Source: a virus
IMG/VR virus record: IMGVR_UViG_3300035695_000001
Coordinates: 32,001-96,000 of that record
Strand: one strand, 5' to 3'
DNA: 64,000 nucleotides
A program made the position numbers and the translations under genes. The notes beneath the pieces were generated by a model. It saw nothing but the letters and a program-made list of their open reading frames with translations. It had not been told where the DNA came from and searched no databases. The stretch's first letter is position 1. Each line of letters opens with the position of its first letter. Positions 17,473 through 26,900 of the stretch are shown here, piece by piece.

Positions 17473-17483
17473 TGCTAGACAGT
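17473..17483. promoter_or_regulatory. TGCTAGACAGT half-site
   Basis: Exact half of the recurrent element in a divergent intergenic region. Confidence 0.55.
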
Positions 17484-17561
17484 CCAGGCGGGATACGCCT
17501 GGCACGGTCCAGGGACACGCCTGATTGACCCGGCCGCTCGCTACCCCCATCCTCGCCACGC

Positions 17562-17603
17562 AACGAAAAAGCCGGGCCGAGCGACTCCTTCGCCCAGCCC
17601 GGC
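17562..17603 (-). terminator. intrinsic terminator (minus strand)
   Basis: GCCGGGCTGGGCGA-AGGAG-TCGCTCGGCCCGGC followed by TTTTTCGTT; mismatches read as G-U pairs only on the minus strand. Confidence 0.6.
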
Positions 17604-17634
17604 CGTTTAGGACCCCCAACCGACTGGAGATCCC

Positions 17635-18366
17635 ATGCTCAACCCTTACGCGCTTCATGTCCTGGCCGCCATCGCGGCAAGCCTGCTTCTTCCTCGGTAC
17701 GTTCACGACAAGCCCACCGATGGGCCCTACCCCCTCACCAGGGGCGCCCGTCTCGCCTCCATGGCCATCGTCCTCGGCTACGCGGTCGCCCCGACCTTCA
17801 CGGGGAAGGCGTGCATCGTCCTCGACGCCGTCCTGGCGGTCCCCTTCGGGATCCGTCTCTGGAACGACTGCGCCGACCTCCTGCGCCGTCGAGCCCCCCG
17901 CGGGCTCCCCCTCGCCGTGGTCGCCTTCGGGCTGCTCGGACTCGCCACCCAGGCCGCATGCAACAGCGAAGCCCCTGTGGACCCCTGCAAGTACAGGTTC
18001 TGCGGGGACGGTGGGCCCGTGGGCGACGCTGGGACGGGCGGCTCCACGACCAGCACCAGCGAGATCACTGGTACGACGAGCACAAGCACGACCACCACGA
18101 CGCTGATCGGCGATGCCTCAACCGACAGCGATGCGGGCGGTGACGGTGGGACCGGCCTCCTCTACCCGTGTCCTGGCCCAGGGTCGGTGTGCGAGGCCGT
18201 TGGCGGTCAGCATGGCGTCTGCGACGTCAACAACGCCTGCTGCTTCGGCTGCATCGCCGACGGTCTCGTCTGCGAGCCTGGGGACACCCCGAGCGCCTGC
18301 GGCTCGGATGCGACCTGCATGACGTGCTCGGCGGGTCAGCAGTGCGTCCAGGGGGTGTGCAAGTGA
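17635..18366 (+). CDS. membrane protein/lipoprotein with Cys-rich C-terminus
   Basis: TM helices, QAAC lipobox-like site, Thr/Gly linker, disulfide-rich domain. Confidence 0.75.
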   Translation: MLNPYALHVLAAIAASLLLPRYVHDKPTDGPYPLTRGARLASMAIVLGYAVAPTFTGKACIVLDAVLAVPFGIRLWNDCADLLRRRAPRGLPLAVVAFGLLGLATQAACNSEAPVDPCKYRFCGDGGPVGDAGTGGSTTSTSEITGTTSTSTTTTTLIGDASTDSDAGGDGGTGLLYPCPGPGSVCEAVGGQHGVCDVNNACCFGCIADGLVCEPGDTPSACGSDATCMTCSAGQQCVQGVCK

Positions 18367-18752
18367 ACCGCCCCATCCTCGTGCTCTGCGCCGTCACCAT
18401 GCTGCTCGTCGGAGCCTGCTCCGCTGGCGGGCTCCTCGACGTCACCACATCGTCTGGTGGCGGAGCAGGTACCGGCGGGGCTGCCGCCGACGCTGGGGCC
18501 GATGCACTCCCGTCTCCGTGCGCAGCGCAAGAGCCGACGTGCCCGACGGCTCCGCACGGGTCGGTGTGCAGGCTCATCCCTGGAGGACCCTGCGACGTCC
18601 TCGTCTGCGACCACGGCTGGAACGACTGCGATGGCAACATCTTCCCCAACGGCTGCGAGACCAACGTCGACAGCGACCAACTCAACTGCGGCGCCTGCGA
18701 CCACGCCTGTTCGCCGACGGTGGGCTCCTGCGTCCAAGGGGGCTGCAAGTGA
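18363..18752 (+). CDS. myxobacterial-type Cys-rich lipoprotein
   Basis: LVGAC lipobox, GGGAGTGG..DAG linker, CD....NGCET...D..NCGAC...C repeat. Confidence 0.8.
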   Translation: MNRPILVLCAVTMLLVGACSAGGLLDVTTSSGGGAGTGGAAADAGADALPSPCAAQEPTCPTAPHGSVCRLIPGGPCDVLVCDHGWNDCDGNIFPNGCETNVDSDQLNCGACDHACSPTVGSCVQGGCK

Positions 18753-19228
18753 GCCGCGCCATCTTCGCTACGCTCACTCTTGGGCTCGTCGCCGTCGGGT
18801 GCGGCGAGTTCCCCTGCGCCGACTCGAACACCGGCGGAGACACCGGCGGAGCGCGAACGTGCCAGGACGGTGGCTGCCAGATTCCGCCTGCCGTCGCCGA
18901 CATGCCCCCGTGCTCGTCGCTCGCCGACTGCGCCAAGTACCTGAGCCCCGGGCCGTGCGGCACGCTGGCCTGCGACGAGAGCGGAACCCTGGGGCTGCCA
19001 CCAAACCCATACGTCCCGCCTGGCTGCTACATCCGGATCACTCCGGCGTGCGAGACCACCAGCAACATCGGCGGCCCGTGCTCGGTGGACTCCGACTGCC
19101 TCCCGATCAAGTGCTACACGCCTACCTGCATGGATGGCGTGTGCGACTCGCCGCCGGAACCTGCTGGCACCCCGTGCGACGCAGCATCGGTCTGCGACGG
19201 CGTAGGGCACTGCAAGCCGCAGGGCTGA
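18749..19228 (+). CDS. Cys-rich lipoprotein
   Basis: AVGC lipobox; C..D.DC and GTPC....VCDG.G.C repeats. Confidence 0.75.
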   Translation: MSRAIFATLTLGLVAVGCGEFPCADSNTGGDTGGARTCQDGGCQIPPAVADMPPCSSLADCAKYLSPGPCGTLACDESGTLGLPPNPYVPPGCYIRITPACETTSNIGGPCSVDSDCLPIKCYTPTCMDGVCDSPPEPAGTPCDAASVCDGVGHCKPQG

Positions 19229-19235
19229 CCGACCG

Positions 19236-20357
19236 CTACGCCTCGAAGACTGCCCATCCGACTACATCCCAGAGGATGATCAGCCCGACCAACACGGTCT
19301 CGATGGTGATGGCCTTGATCGTCCCGGCCGCTGGCGGGGCAAAGGCCGCGATGAGACCGCTCGCAGAATCCTTCAAGTTCACGCTCCCCGTGTTCTTCGT
19401 CTGGTAGGTTCCGGCGGCCCCGGCCGACACCTCCGTCCCAGGAACTACGAAGGTGCAGCGGACGCCCTCGTCGATTGGCCCGCCGCCAGGGGCGCCGACG
19501 TTCGGGTCCGAGAGCGTCACGTCATACGCAGCCCCAGAGTTGTGCAGCCACACCGTGTCGTATGCGTCCGCATGGAGATTGCCGCCGGGAGCGCTGGAGA
19601 TGCTCACCGTGCGGTGAACGATGCCGGGCACGCCAGACAGATGGATCGGCCCGTTCGCCCGGAGCGCAGCACCGATCCCAGCGGGTGTCGCCTGGATCGC
19701 GTCGCCGTTGGGCGCCCCACCGAAGAACTGGCCACCAGCCCCGGACGTGGCACCGCCCGTAAAGTAGCCGCCCGCGCCGCTCCCAAACCCAGTCCCCTCG
19801 CAGCCGTTGCTGTTGCCAGCCTGGCCGAAGAAAGACCCCCCAGGGCCTGACGTCGCGCCACCGACCCCAGTGACGCCTGAACCCGTCGCGCCGCCCACAC
19901 CAGCCAGTCCAGCGCCGCTACCGTGGCCTGCGCCGAGCCAGCCGTAGTTGTTCCCGCCACCAGCCGCCGCAGCACCGCCAGGGGCGTTGCTAGCGCCCGT
20001 AGCCTGGAGACCCTCTCCAGTCGTGCCACCGCCGATGAAGTGGCCCCCCCACCCGTTCGCCGCCCCACCCGTGGAGACGGTGCCGTACGCGCCGCCATCA
20101 CCCGTAGCGGTGACGCCTGGACGCCCAGACCCGGTCGCAGCGGGCGCGTCGAAGTAGGTGGCGGTGAACTGAGCGTCGACCTGCCAGCGCCCGCCGCCGC
20201 TCGGGAAGGCGAGCACGGAGGCCGGCGCGAGCGCGTACGTCCCGCCCTGCAAGCCATCCACAGCGCTGGCCATCACGACCCGCCAGGTATTGATGACCGA
20301 CGCGGGGATGGTACTCACCCCGTCGATGGCGGGAACCTGGGGGGTCAAGCCGAACAT
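19236..20357 (-). CDS. Gly-rich tail fibre protein
   Basis: Last gene of tail operon; GxGxxGxGG repeats. Confidence 0.7.
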   Translation of the reverse strand: MFGLTPQVPAIDGVSTIPASVINTWRVVMASAVDGLQGGTYALAPASVLAFPSGGGRWQVDAQFTATYFDAPAATGSGRPGVTATGDGGAYGTVSTGGAANGWGGHFIGGGTTGEGLQATGASNAPGGAAAAGGGNNYGWLGAGHGSGAGLAGVGGATGSGVTGVGGATSGPGGSFFGQAGNSNGCEGTGFGSGAGGYFTGGATSGAGGQFFGGAPNGDAIQATPAGIGAALRANGPIHLSGVPGIVHRTVSISSAPGGNLHADAYDTVWLHNSGAAYDVTLSDPNVGAPGGGPIDEGVRCTFVVPGTEVSAGAAGTYQTKNTGSVNLKDSASGLIAAFAPPAAGTIKAITIETVLVGLIILWDVVGWAVFEA

Positions 20358-20377
20358 GCTGTAGTCCTATCTGCGCG

Positions 20378-21253
20378 TCAGAAGACGTTGGGGAAAGGCG
20401 TTGGCGGCGCGAGCATCCTTGCAAACTGGTACGCGCGGTCGCTGCGCCTCGACACGTAGCAATCGACCTGCTGGAGGATCCGGTAGAGCGAGTCGGGCGT
20501 GGCCAGCCCGAGCCCCGACAGCCCGGGAAGGAGCGCACTGATCGCTGGCGTGTTCAGGGCCAACTGGATCGTGCCCGACTTGAGCGGGTCAGGCTGCGTC
20601 ACGAGGAGCGGCTGGTTGCTCCAGTAGTACGGCGTCACGTTGTCGGGCCGCATGTACCAGCCGACCTCTCGACGAAGGCTCACCCAGAAGTCGAAGTCCG
20701 ACGTGAATGGGGTCCCGTCTGCCGCGCCTCCGTTGCAGGTGATCGAGATCGGCCAGACGTTGTCGCCTGGGCTCAGTTCAGACGGGATGAGAAGCGGGCC
20801 GTTGATCCCCACCAGCCCGCCAGAGAAGACGTGGCCCCCCTGGGTCGTGAGGACCAGCGTGCTCGTCGGGTAGCCCCACCCGCTCTTCCGCAGGTTGCTG
20901 GCCCTGTCGGAGAAGGTGCCATCCGCCTGCTGGGGGCCCGGCCAGGTGGGCAGGCCGTCGAGAGCCACCAAGAGCCTGCGGACGACCCCGCCGGAGATGT
21001 AGGCGTTGGCGTAGGGGACGGGGATCGTGAAGGTGTTCGCCCCCGTCACCGTGACCTGGAAGAAGCCGTTGGCCTCCCCGGTGCCGACGATCTCCGAGAT
21101 GTCGACCCAGTCGCCCGTGGTCCGCCCGTGAGCGATCGAGGTCTGGACCTGGACCAGCCCGCCAACGCTCGACGTGCCGACGACGCCCCCGCCGACAGCC
21201 GTACCTGGCTGCCGAAAGAAGGCGCGAGCCTGAGCATATGTCGAGCAGATCAT
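20378..21253 (-). CDS. tail-associated protein with E1-FCCH-like beta domain
   Basis: T..AHG.TTGD.V.IS...G..EANG.F.VTV....TF...Y.SGG; ATGA overlap. Confidence 0.6.
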   Translation of the reverse strand: MICSTYAQARAFFRQPGTAVGGGVVGTSSVGGLVQVQTSIAHGRTTGDWVDISEIVGTGEANGFFQVTVTGANTFTIPVPYANAYISGGVVRRLLVALDGLPTWPGPQQADGTFSDRASNLRKSGWGYPTSTLVLTTQGGHVFSGGLVGINGPLLIPSELSPGDNVWPISITCNGGAADGTPFTSDFDFWVSLRREVGWYMRPDNVTPYYWSNQPLLVTQPDPLKSGTIQLALNTPAISALLPGLSGLGLATPDSLYRILQQVDCYVSRRSDRAYQFARMLAPPTPFPNVF

Positions 21254-22044
21254 GCGGCTGCGTCGGTCGGCTTCGCGTCGGGATCCGGGTTGATGACGGT
21301 GGACGGCGGCACGGTCTGCTGAGCGCCCCACACCTCGGCGATGCAGGCGGCGCATGGCCGGCACACCGGGACGGGCTTCGTGACGTTGTGGGCCAGCGAG
21401 ACGGGCACGGTCGTCGACCCCTTGCCGGGCGGGTCGACCTTCGTGGCCACGCACCGCGAGCAGAGCGCCCCCTCGACGACGGGGGACTTGGCCTCCCGAT
21501 CGTCTGGCGAGAGCGACATCCACTCGGCCAGCGTCAGCGGCGGGGCCTCCGGAGCGGCGATGAGAGCGATGGGCGCGTCCACGACGCGGAGCACACGCAC
21601 GTCTGGCACGTCGCGGTGGTCGGTCGAGTTGACGGCGAACGCCCAGAGGCTCTCTCCGTTCGTCACCCCGGCAGCCTTGATCCCGGCGTCGAGTTGCTGG
21701 CGTGTGAGGCCGAACATCTGGCCGTACTGCTCCAACCGGAGCGCGATCACGGCGGGCGCGGTCATGCACCTCGACGCGCCTGGCCAGCGGTCCTCGATGA
21801 TCCTGCTCCCGACCGGATCGTCCGGCGTGGCGATGAGCAGGATCGGGTCGGCGCCGGTGCGATCGATGTGCTCCGCGCGTCGGGCCATGGCGACGGCGAA
21901 CGCCTCGCGGGCCGCACCGATGAGCCGCCCCTCGGGCCCCCTCGGCGTCTGCGGGACCGTCGATGGGTCCAGTACGAAAGCTCCGCCTGGGTTCGAGAAG
22001 GTGAGGAGCGTGGTGTGGGTCTTGGGGTCGTCCATGCCGGTCAT
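21250..22044 (-). CDS. hypothetical protein with C-terminal CxxC pairs
   Basis: GAGG RBS; CSRC...CRPC. Confidence 0.65.
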   Translation of the reverse strand: MTGMDDPKTHTTLLTFSNPGGAFVLDPSTVPQTPRGPEGRLIGAAREAFAVAMARRAEHIDRTGADPILLIATPDDPVGSRIIEDRWPGASRCMTAPAVIALRLEQYGQMFGLTRQQLDAGIKAAGVTNGESLWAFAVNSTDHRDVPDVRVLRVVDAPIALIAAPEAPPLTLAEWMSLSPDDREAKSPVVEGALCSRCVATKVDPPGKGSTTVPVSLAHNVTKPVPVCRPCAACIAEVWGAQQTVPPSTVINPDPDAKPTDAAA

Positions 22045-22050
22045 GCTACC

Positions 22051-22725
22051 TCAGTGGACTCCGGGGAGCGTAGGCTGCTCGACGACCTTATTGGCCTTGG
22101 GCTTCTTCGGCTTGCGCTTTAGCGTCGACGGAGGCTCCGCGCCGTGGAGCACGGACCATTTCTCGACGTAGTCCGCCGCAGCGCGAAGGACCATAGAGTC
22201 GTCGCGCATGGCCCCGACGCCGAAGTTGCACAGGTGACACAGGAGCGCTCGCACCTTGCCAGTTACGTGGTCATGGTCGACAGACAGTCGTCCCTTGCTT
22301 CTTTTGTTTTGGCACGGCTTATGGCAAATCGCGCACACGCCGTTCTGTGCGACGACCATCGCGTCATACTGCTCTGCGGTGAGGCCAAATTTACGACGGA
22401 GATGGCCGGCGCGAGCTGTCGCAGTATACGCTTCTTTCCTATCGTTCCTGTTCTTTGCCGACTTCTCGGCCTGCTTCTTCCTGAATTCGGCCAGTTCTTG
22501 TTCAGACATTCGCGCGATACGCGCTTCGCGACACTTCCTTTGTCTCTCTGGGCTCTGTGAACGACGCTTCGCGTCGGCGGTCCTCCCGTGGGACAGAACC
22601 TTGTCCTTGTTACGGCCGCGCCACTCTTTTGTGGAATCCTGGATGGCCTGGTACCTTGCCGGGTCCGCTTGTGCTGTTCGCCGTCGCTGTTTCCCTGACT
22701 TAGACAGTTCGTTGAATGGTTTCAT
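22051..22725 (-). CDS. endonuclease VII-family HNH (homing-like) endonuclease
   Basis: FGLT..QY..M...QNGVCAIC...LSVDHDH.TGKVR.LLC..CN; AT-richer than flanks. Confidence 0.9.
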   Translation of the reverse strand: MKPFNELSKSGKQRRRTAQADPARYQAIQDSTKEWRGRNKDKVLSHGRTADAKRRSQSPERQRKCREARIARMSEQELAEFRKKQAEKSAKNRNDRKEAYTATARAGHLRRKFGLTAEQYDAMVVAQNGVCAICHKPCQNKRSKGRLSVDHDHVTGKVRALLCHLCNFGVGAMRDDSMVLRAAADYVEKWSVLHGAEPPSTLKRKPKKPKANKVVEQPTLPGVH

Positions 22726-22750
22726 TGTCCGATGGTACCACGGCGTACGG

Positions 22751-23389
22751 TCAAATTCCAGTCAGCCCGACAGTGCCAATCCCGGCTACGAAACCACTAC
22801 TAGACACGGTAATGATGGCTACGTCCCATGCCGGCAAGACGAGTTTGAGTCTGAGACATAGCCTCCTCTTGAGGTCATCCAGAGCCGATGAGACAAGTCC
22901 AGTAGCGTTAATTTTTACGCCCAAGAGGTTCGACGTTCCGCTCCATCCGTACCCCGCGGGCCCTGGGTTCAAGCCGGGGGCGTACACGATCGGCGATGCT
23001 GCCGCCGTGAGCCCAACGAAGGCCGAGCCCGCAATGGCCTGGCACGCATCCTCGATCGCCGCCAGCGCGTTGGACGAGAGCCCAGCGAAGCACGCTGCCA
23101 CGGCCCCGCGCCGGTCGTTGTCGCTCGTCCCTGGCAGGACCGAGAGCGAGCACGCCTCCTCGAAGACGGGGAGGCTCTCCATCATCTTTGGGGGGCACAG
23201 GAGCCCCTTGAGCCGCTCGTCGCATGCCCAGACGTTGGACAGCATGATGGCCTCGGCGTGGCACATCGCGACATGAAGCGGGTCTGTCGGGTCGAGCAGC
23301 GAAGCATCGAGCAGCGCCTGCTTCTCCTGCTGGACGACGCTGGGGCCGCCGCCCAAGCGCATCGCGAGGGGTGTCCCTAGACCAGCCAT
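22751..23389 (-). CDS. baseplate wedge protein (Mu gp48/P2 gpI-like)
   Basis: Position after baseplate J; P..M.E.L..FE.......P...D..RR and VLPAW motifs. Confidence 0.6.
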   Translation of the reverse strand: MAGLGTPLAMRLGGGPSVVQQEKQALLDASLLDPTDPLHVAMCHAEAIMLSNVWACDERLKGLLCPPKMMESLPVFEEACSLSVLPGTSDNDRRGAVAACFAGLSSNALAAIEDACQAIAGSAFVGLTAAASPIVYAPGLNPGPAGYGWSGTSNLLGVKINATGLVSSALDDLKRRLCLRLKLVLPAWDVAIITVSSSGFVAGIGTVGLTGI

Positions 23390-23392
23390 CGC

Positions 23393-24136
23393 TCAGCCCC
23401 CCACGACGAAGACGTTGGTGCCCACCGGGAGGTCGACCGGCACAGGGCGGTAGTATTCGACGCCACCCCCACCACCGTAAGCGTTGGCGAAGGTCGAGCC
23501 CTGGAGGTCGATGTGCGTGCCGTCAATCACGGTCACCTTCCACACGTTGTTGGCCTCGACGGTCCCGGTCACGTCGACCACTACCACGTAGTAGCCGGTG
23601 ACCAGGTTCGCCGTCGAGGACACGGTCAGCCGGATCAGTCCGGACCCGTTGTTGGCGGCGCCGGAGATCGACAGCCCGCTCGCAGCGGCCACCATGACCG
23701 TGATCGAGACCGAGATGACGTTCCCGGCCCGCGTCGTGGTCATCGTCACTGGGAACGGCATCCCGTCGACGTAAGCGAACGACCAGCGGAAGTTGACGAC
23801 CTCCAGTTGGCTGTTCGGCACGCTATTGGCCCAGATCCCAGGCCCCAGGATCGACGTCGGCAGGGCCTCCACCGTGTAGGTCCCCACCCCTGTCCTGGTG
23901 GCCACCATCCAGTTCGACGGGCCCGTTCCCCACTCGGCCGAGCCGTCTGCGGGCGTCGAAACGCCGCTGGCGACCGTCGGGAATCTGAGCCACGCGCGCC
24001 TGGTCGTGAGCGACATCTGGGCGACCGAGTCGAACGCCCGATTGACCTGCGCGGCGGATAGGTCGGTCTGGACGTTAGCGACGATCACGGCATCGCGCAT
24101 TGGGATGCCGTAGGTCCCGGGGCTCTGGGCTTCCAT
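23393..24136 (-). CDS. tail/baseplate-associated protein with C-terminal FCCH-like domain
   Basis: RTGVGTYTV; ISGAANNGSGLIRLT...VTGTVEAN..W.VTVID...IDLQGSTF.NAY..GG. Confidence 0.6.
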   Translation of the reverse strand: MEAQSPGTYGIPMRDAVIVANVQTDLSAAQVNRAFDSVAQMSLTTRRAWLRFPTVASGVSTPADGSAEWGTGPSNWMVATRTGVGTYTVEALPTSILGPGIWANSVPNSQLEVVNFRWSFAYVDGMPFPVTMTTTRAGNVISVSITVMVAAASGLSISGAANNGSGLIRLTVSSTANLVTGYYVVVVDVTGTVEANNVWKVTVIDGTHIDLQGSTFANAYGGGGGVEYYRPVPVDLPVGTNVFVVGG

Positions 24137-24151
24137 TGGTCGACGCTGCTC

Positions 24152-25711
24152 CTAAAGTTGCCTGAAGGCGAGGGAGCCAGAGAGCCCAGTCGCAGGGACG
24201 GCTCCGGCCAGGGTGATGACGAGTGGCGGGTCCCCAGTCGTGTCTGGGATCTGCGGCGTCGACTGCGCCGTGCTGGTCCCGGCGAGGTTGACCTGCGAGA
24301 GCGAGAAGTCCTCAATCTCAGCGTATGAGTTTGCAAGGATCCCCAGCATTTTAGTGGTGACTCCGCTAGGCACGCCGTTGGTGATGTCGGCCGCTGGCTG
24401 CCGGCTCGCCAGCGGGAGCAATTCGGGGAGCGCCGTGATCTCACCGGGGCCGAGTTTCTGGACCTGCGCGGCGACGTTCCGCGCGTAGGAGACGAGGTTG
24501 ATCGCGCCGGCCGAGATGTAGACCCGGCACCCCGCGTTGACGATCGTCGTGAGCCATGCGGGGTAGGCCCCCTGGACCGTGATGCTGAAGTTGGGCCACG
24601 ACCCAAGCACGGTCGCGATGTTGAACTCGCGCATGGTCCCCATGACGTGAGGGGTCACCGACGTGTCGAGCGTGGTCGGGTCCCAGATCCCGATGCTGGT
24701 CCCGACCACGGGGGCAGAGACCTGGCTCCCGGCCAGTGAGTGCGTCTGGATCGTGACCCCGAAGGCGATCCCGGTGACGTAGACGTCCTCCGCCGGCCAC
24801 GGAGCCTGGTCTCTCCACCCGCCTCCGTTCCCTGCGCCGAGCGGGAGCGGGAGCGTCAGAGCCGCCACCACGTCTGTCGGTTGGATGGTGCAGGAGTTGA
24901 CCGTGATCCGCTCCTGCCCGGGGAAGGCGGCGGCGAGGGCCCCGCGCACGACGTTCAGGGTGGGGGTGTTGAGAGTGCGGACCGGGCCGGCTTGGGTGCA
25001 GGCCACGGCGAAGGAGCCGGCCCCTCCGTTCGCGGCGTAGCAGTAGGCCGCCTCGACGGCCGCCGTGGCGTTCTCCGCGACCTCGACGACCATGGGCCAG
25101 TTGCCGCCCACGGGGGCCGCCGCGAGCCTCTGGAGGAGGCTGGCGCGGAGTTGGTCGTTCCCGTCTGCCGCGTACCCATCGGTGATCCCGCTCCCATCGA
25201 CGACCCCGGTACGGGCGAGCGCCCCGATGGCCGCGCTGTCCCAGGTGAAGATCGCGCCAGCCTGGGCGTCGCCTCCTGGCCCGCCGGAGATGCAGGTGAC
25301 GGGGACCGATGCGCCGGTGGCGAATGTCCCGCCCCCAGTCGCCCCAGTCGTGTACCGCTGGGCGCCGATCGTCCCTGTGAAGTTCGGAGGGATCGTGACG
25401 GTGCCGGAGCAGGTGATCGTGATCCCGCCGCTGGCGTTGCTCGCCGGACGTGGGGCGACCCCGAAGACGGCGGCCAGGGCGATGAGATCGTCCCCCGTCG
25501 CGGTGAGCGGGTTGGACTGGGCCAGGCTGATCTGGTTGTTGGCGATGGCCTGCGCCACCCGCTGCGTGATGGCGACGCCGCGGTTGTAGCAGTCGCTCCC
25601 GACCCCAGTCTCGACCGTGAGCCCGCCCGAGTAGACGTAGTAGGCGTACCGGAGCGCATCGAGGTACGTGGCGAGCAACTGGCTCGGGGTCGGGTACGCG
25701 GTCTGCACCAT
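24152..25711 (-). CDS. baseplate J/gp47 family protein
   Basis: GSD..., TATGDDL..LA..FGV..RPA..ASG, G.GG, GYAAD..DQLR..LL motifs. Confidence 0.9.
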   Translation of the reverse strand: MVQTAYPTPSQLLATYLDALRYAYYVYSGGLTVETGVGSDCYNRGVAITQRVAQAIANNQISLAQSNPLTATGDDLIALAAVFGVAPRPASNASGGITITCSGTVTIPPNFTGTIGAQRYTTGATGGGTFATGASVPVTCISGGPGGDAQAGAIFTWDSAAIGALARTGVVDGSGITDGYAADGNDQLRASLLQRLAAAPVGGNWPMVVEVAENATAAVEAAYCYAANGGAGSFAVACTQAGPVRTLNTPTLNVVRGALAAAFPGQERITVNSCTIQPTDVVAALTLPLPLGAGNGGGWRDQAPWPAEDVYVTGIAFGVTIQTHSLAGSQVSAPVVGTSIGIWDPTTLDTSVTPHVMGTMREFNIATVLGSWPNFSITVQGAYPAWLTTIVNAGCRVYISAGAINLVSYARNVAAQVQKLGPGEITALPELLPLASRQPAADITNGVPSGVTTKMLGILANSYAEIEDFSLSQVNLAGTSTAQSTPQIPDTTGDPPLVITLAGAVPATGLSGSLAFRQL

Positions 25712-25713
25712 GG

Positions 25714-26157
25714 CTACAACGTCACCGTATCCGCCGCGCTGGTGCGCAGGTTGAAGAACTTGATCGAGCGGATCACGGTCTGGTGCCCGTCGTCGGTCAC
25801 GGTGACGACCACGTCCTTGATCGCCCCCTCCTTGACCATGCCTTGCAGGGCCGTGATGTACGCCTGGCGCTGTTGCTCCAGTGCCGCCGCGTAGATGATC
25901 GGGATGGGGATCTCCGCCGCCTGGCAGGTGAGGATGACCCGCTGCGCGGTCCCGTCCATGCCCACGAGGTTCCCCGACGGGTCGACCACGTACCGGAGCG
26001 TTCGCTGGTCAGGGACAGAGCCTGGGGCCATCAGCGCGCCGGGCCCGCGGTCCTGGACGAGCAGGGCCCTCGACGCCTTCACCGATGGGGCGACGAGCGT
26101 GATCGTGCCGCCACCGGCCGGGCCTGACCCTGCGGGGAAGGAGCCTACGCCGCCCAT
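25714..26157 (-). CDS. baseplate gp46/gp25-like protein
   Basis: Size and position between spike and J; AL..MV.EG.I.DV.V. Confidence 0.6.
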   Translation of the reverse strand: MGGVGSFPAGSGPAGGGTITLVAPSVKASRALLVQDRGPGALMAPGSVPDQRTLRYVVDPSGNLVGMDGTAQRVILTCQAAEIPIPIIYAAALEQQRQAYITALQGMVKEGAIKDVVVTVTDDGHQTVIRSIKFFNLRTSAADTVTL

Positions 26158-26174
26158 CAGCTACACCGCTCCCT

Positions 26175-26900
26175 TCATGGGACGACCAGCGGCACGAGGT
26201 TGACCAGGATGCCAGCGGGGGCCCCTAGACTCGGCGTCGTGGTGATCGCGATGGTGCCGCCAGGCAGGAAGGCGATGACGCAGTTCCCAGGCGGGGTCGT
26301 CGAGGTGAAGGAGAGCGTCAGACCGGCGGCGGACACGTTGACGGCCCCCGAGTTACCAGCGCCATCGGTGTAGGTGGCCGCGAGCGACGTCGGCGAGGCT
26401 TCCACCGTCACGTCGCCCGTCTGGGCCGTGATGGTGCCGGCCGCCTTGTCGAGCACCAAGGACGCACCCCCTGCCTTGGCGCTGACCTGCTTCGCAGTCG
26501 CGTCCAGTTCGACGTGGAGGTCCGCGTCCGTCTTGCTGTAGAGCCCGACCTTGTCGGCGCCCGTCGCGTCGAGCCACGCGAAGGCGTTGGCGTTCAGGCT
26601 GGTGATGACACGGTCCGACGAGCCGATCGTGAAGTTCGCATTGGCCAGCGCTTGCAGTTCCCTGTCATCGCGGGCCGCGATTCCGATCCGGTCGTCCCCG
26701 AGCGTCATCTGGACGACGCCAGCGCTCCCCCCTTGGGTGTCCGCTGGCGCAGGACCACCGTAGAACCCGAGCGACGCGAACATCGGCGCCTCTGCCGCAA
26801 CGCCGGTTCCGTCGCTGGTGTCGCCGAGGTTCGGGGTCGCCCCGTCGTCCTCCGACGTGGCCGTGACGCCAAGGATCTCGAAGTCATAGTCGTTGACCAT
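26175..26900 (-). CDS. baseplate central spike (Mu gp45/gpV-like)
   Basis: LGF.G.P...IAARD.R OB-fold motif followed by beta-helix repeats. Confidence 0.7.
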   Translation of the reverse strand: MVNDYDFEILGVTATSEDDGATPNLGDTSDGTGVAAEAPMFASLGFYGGPAPADTQGGSAGVVQMTLGDDRIGIAARDDRELQALANANFTIGSSDRVITSLNANAFAWLDATGADKVGLYSKTDADLHVELDATAKQVSAKAGGASLVLDKAAGTITAQTGDVTVEASPTSLAATYTDGAGNSGAVNVSAAGLTLSFTSTTPPGNCVIAFLPGGTIAITTTPSLGAPAGILVNLVPLVVP

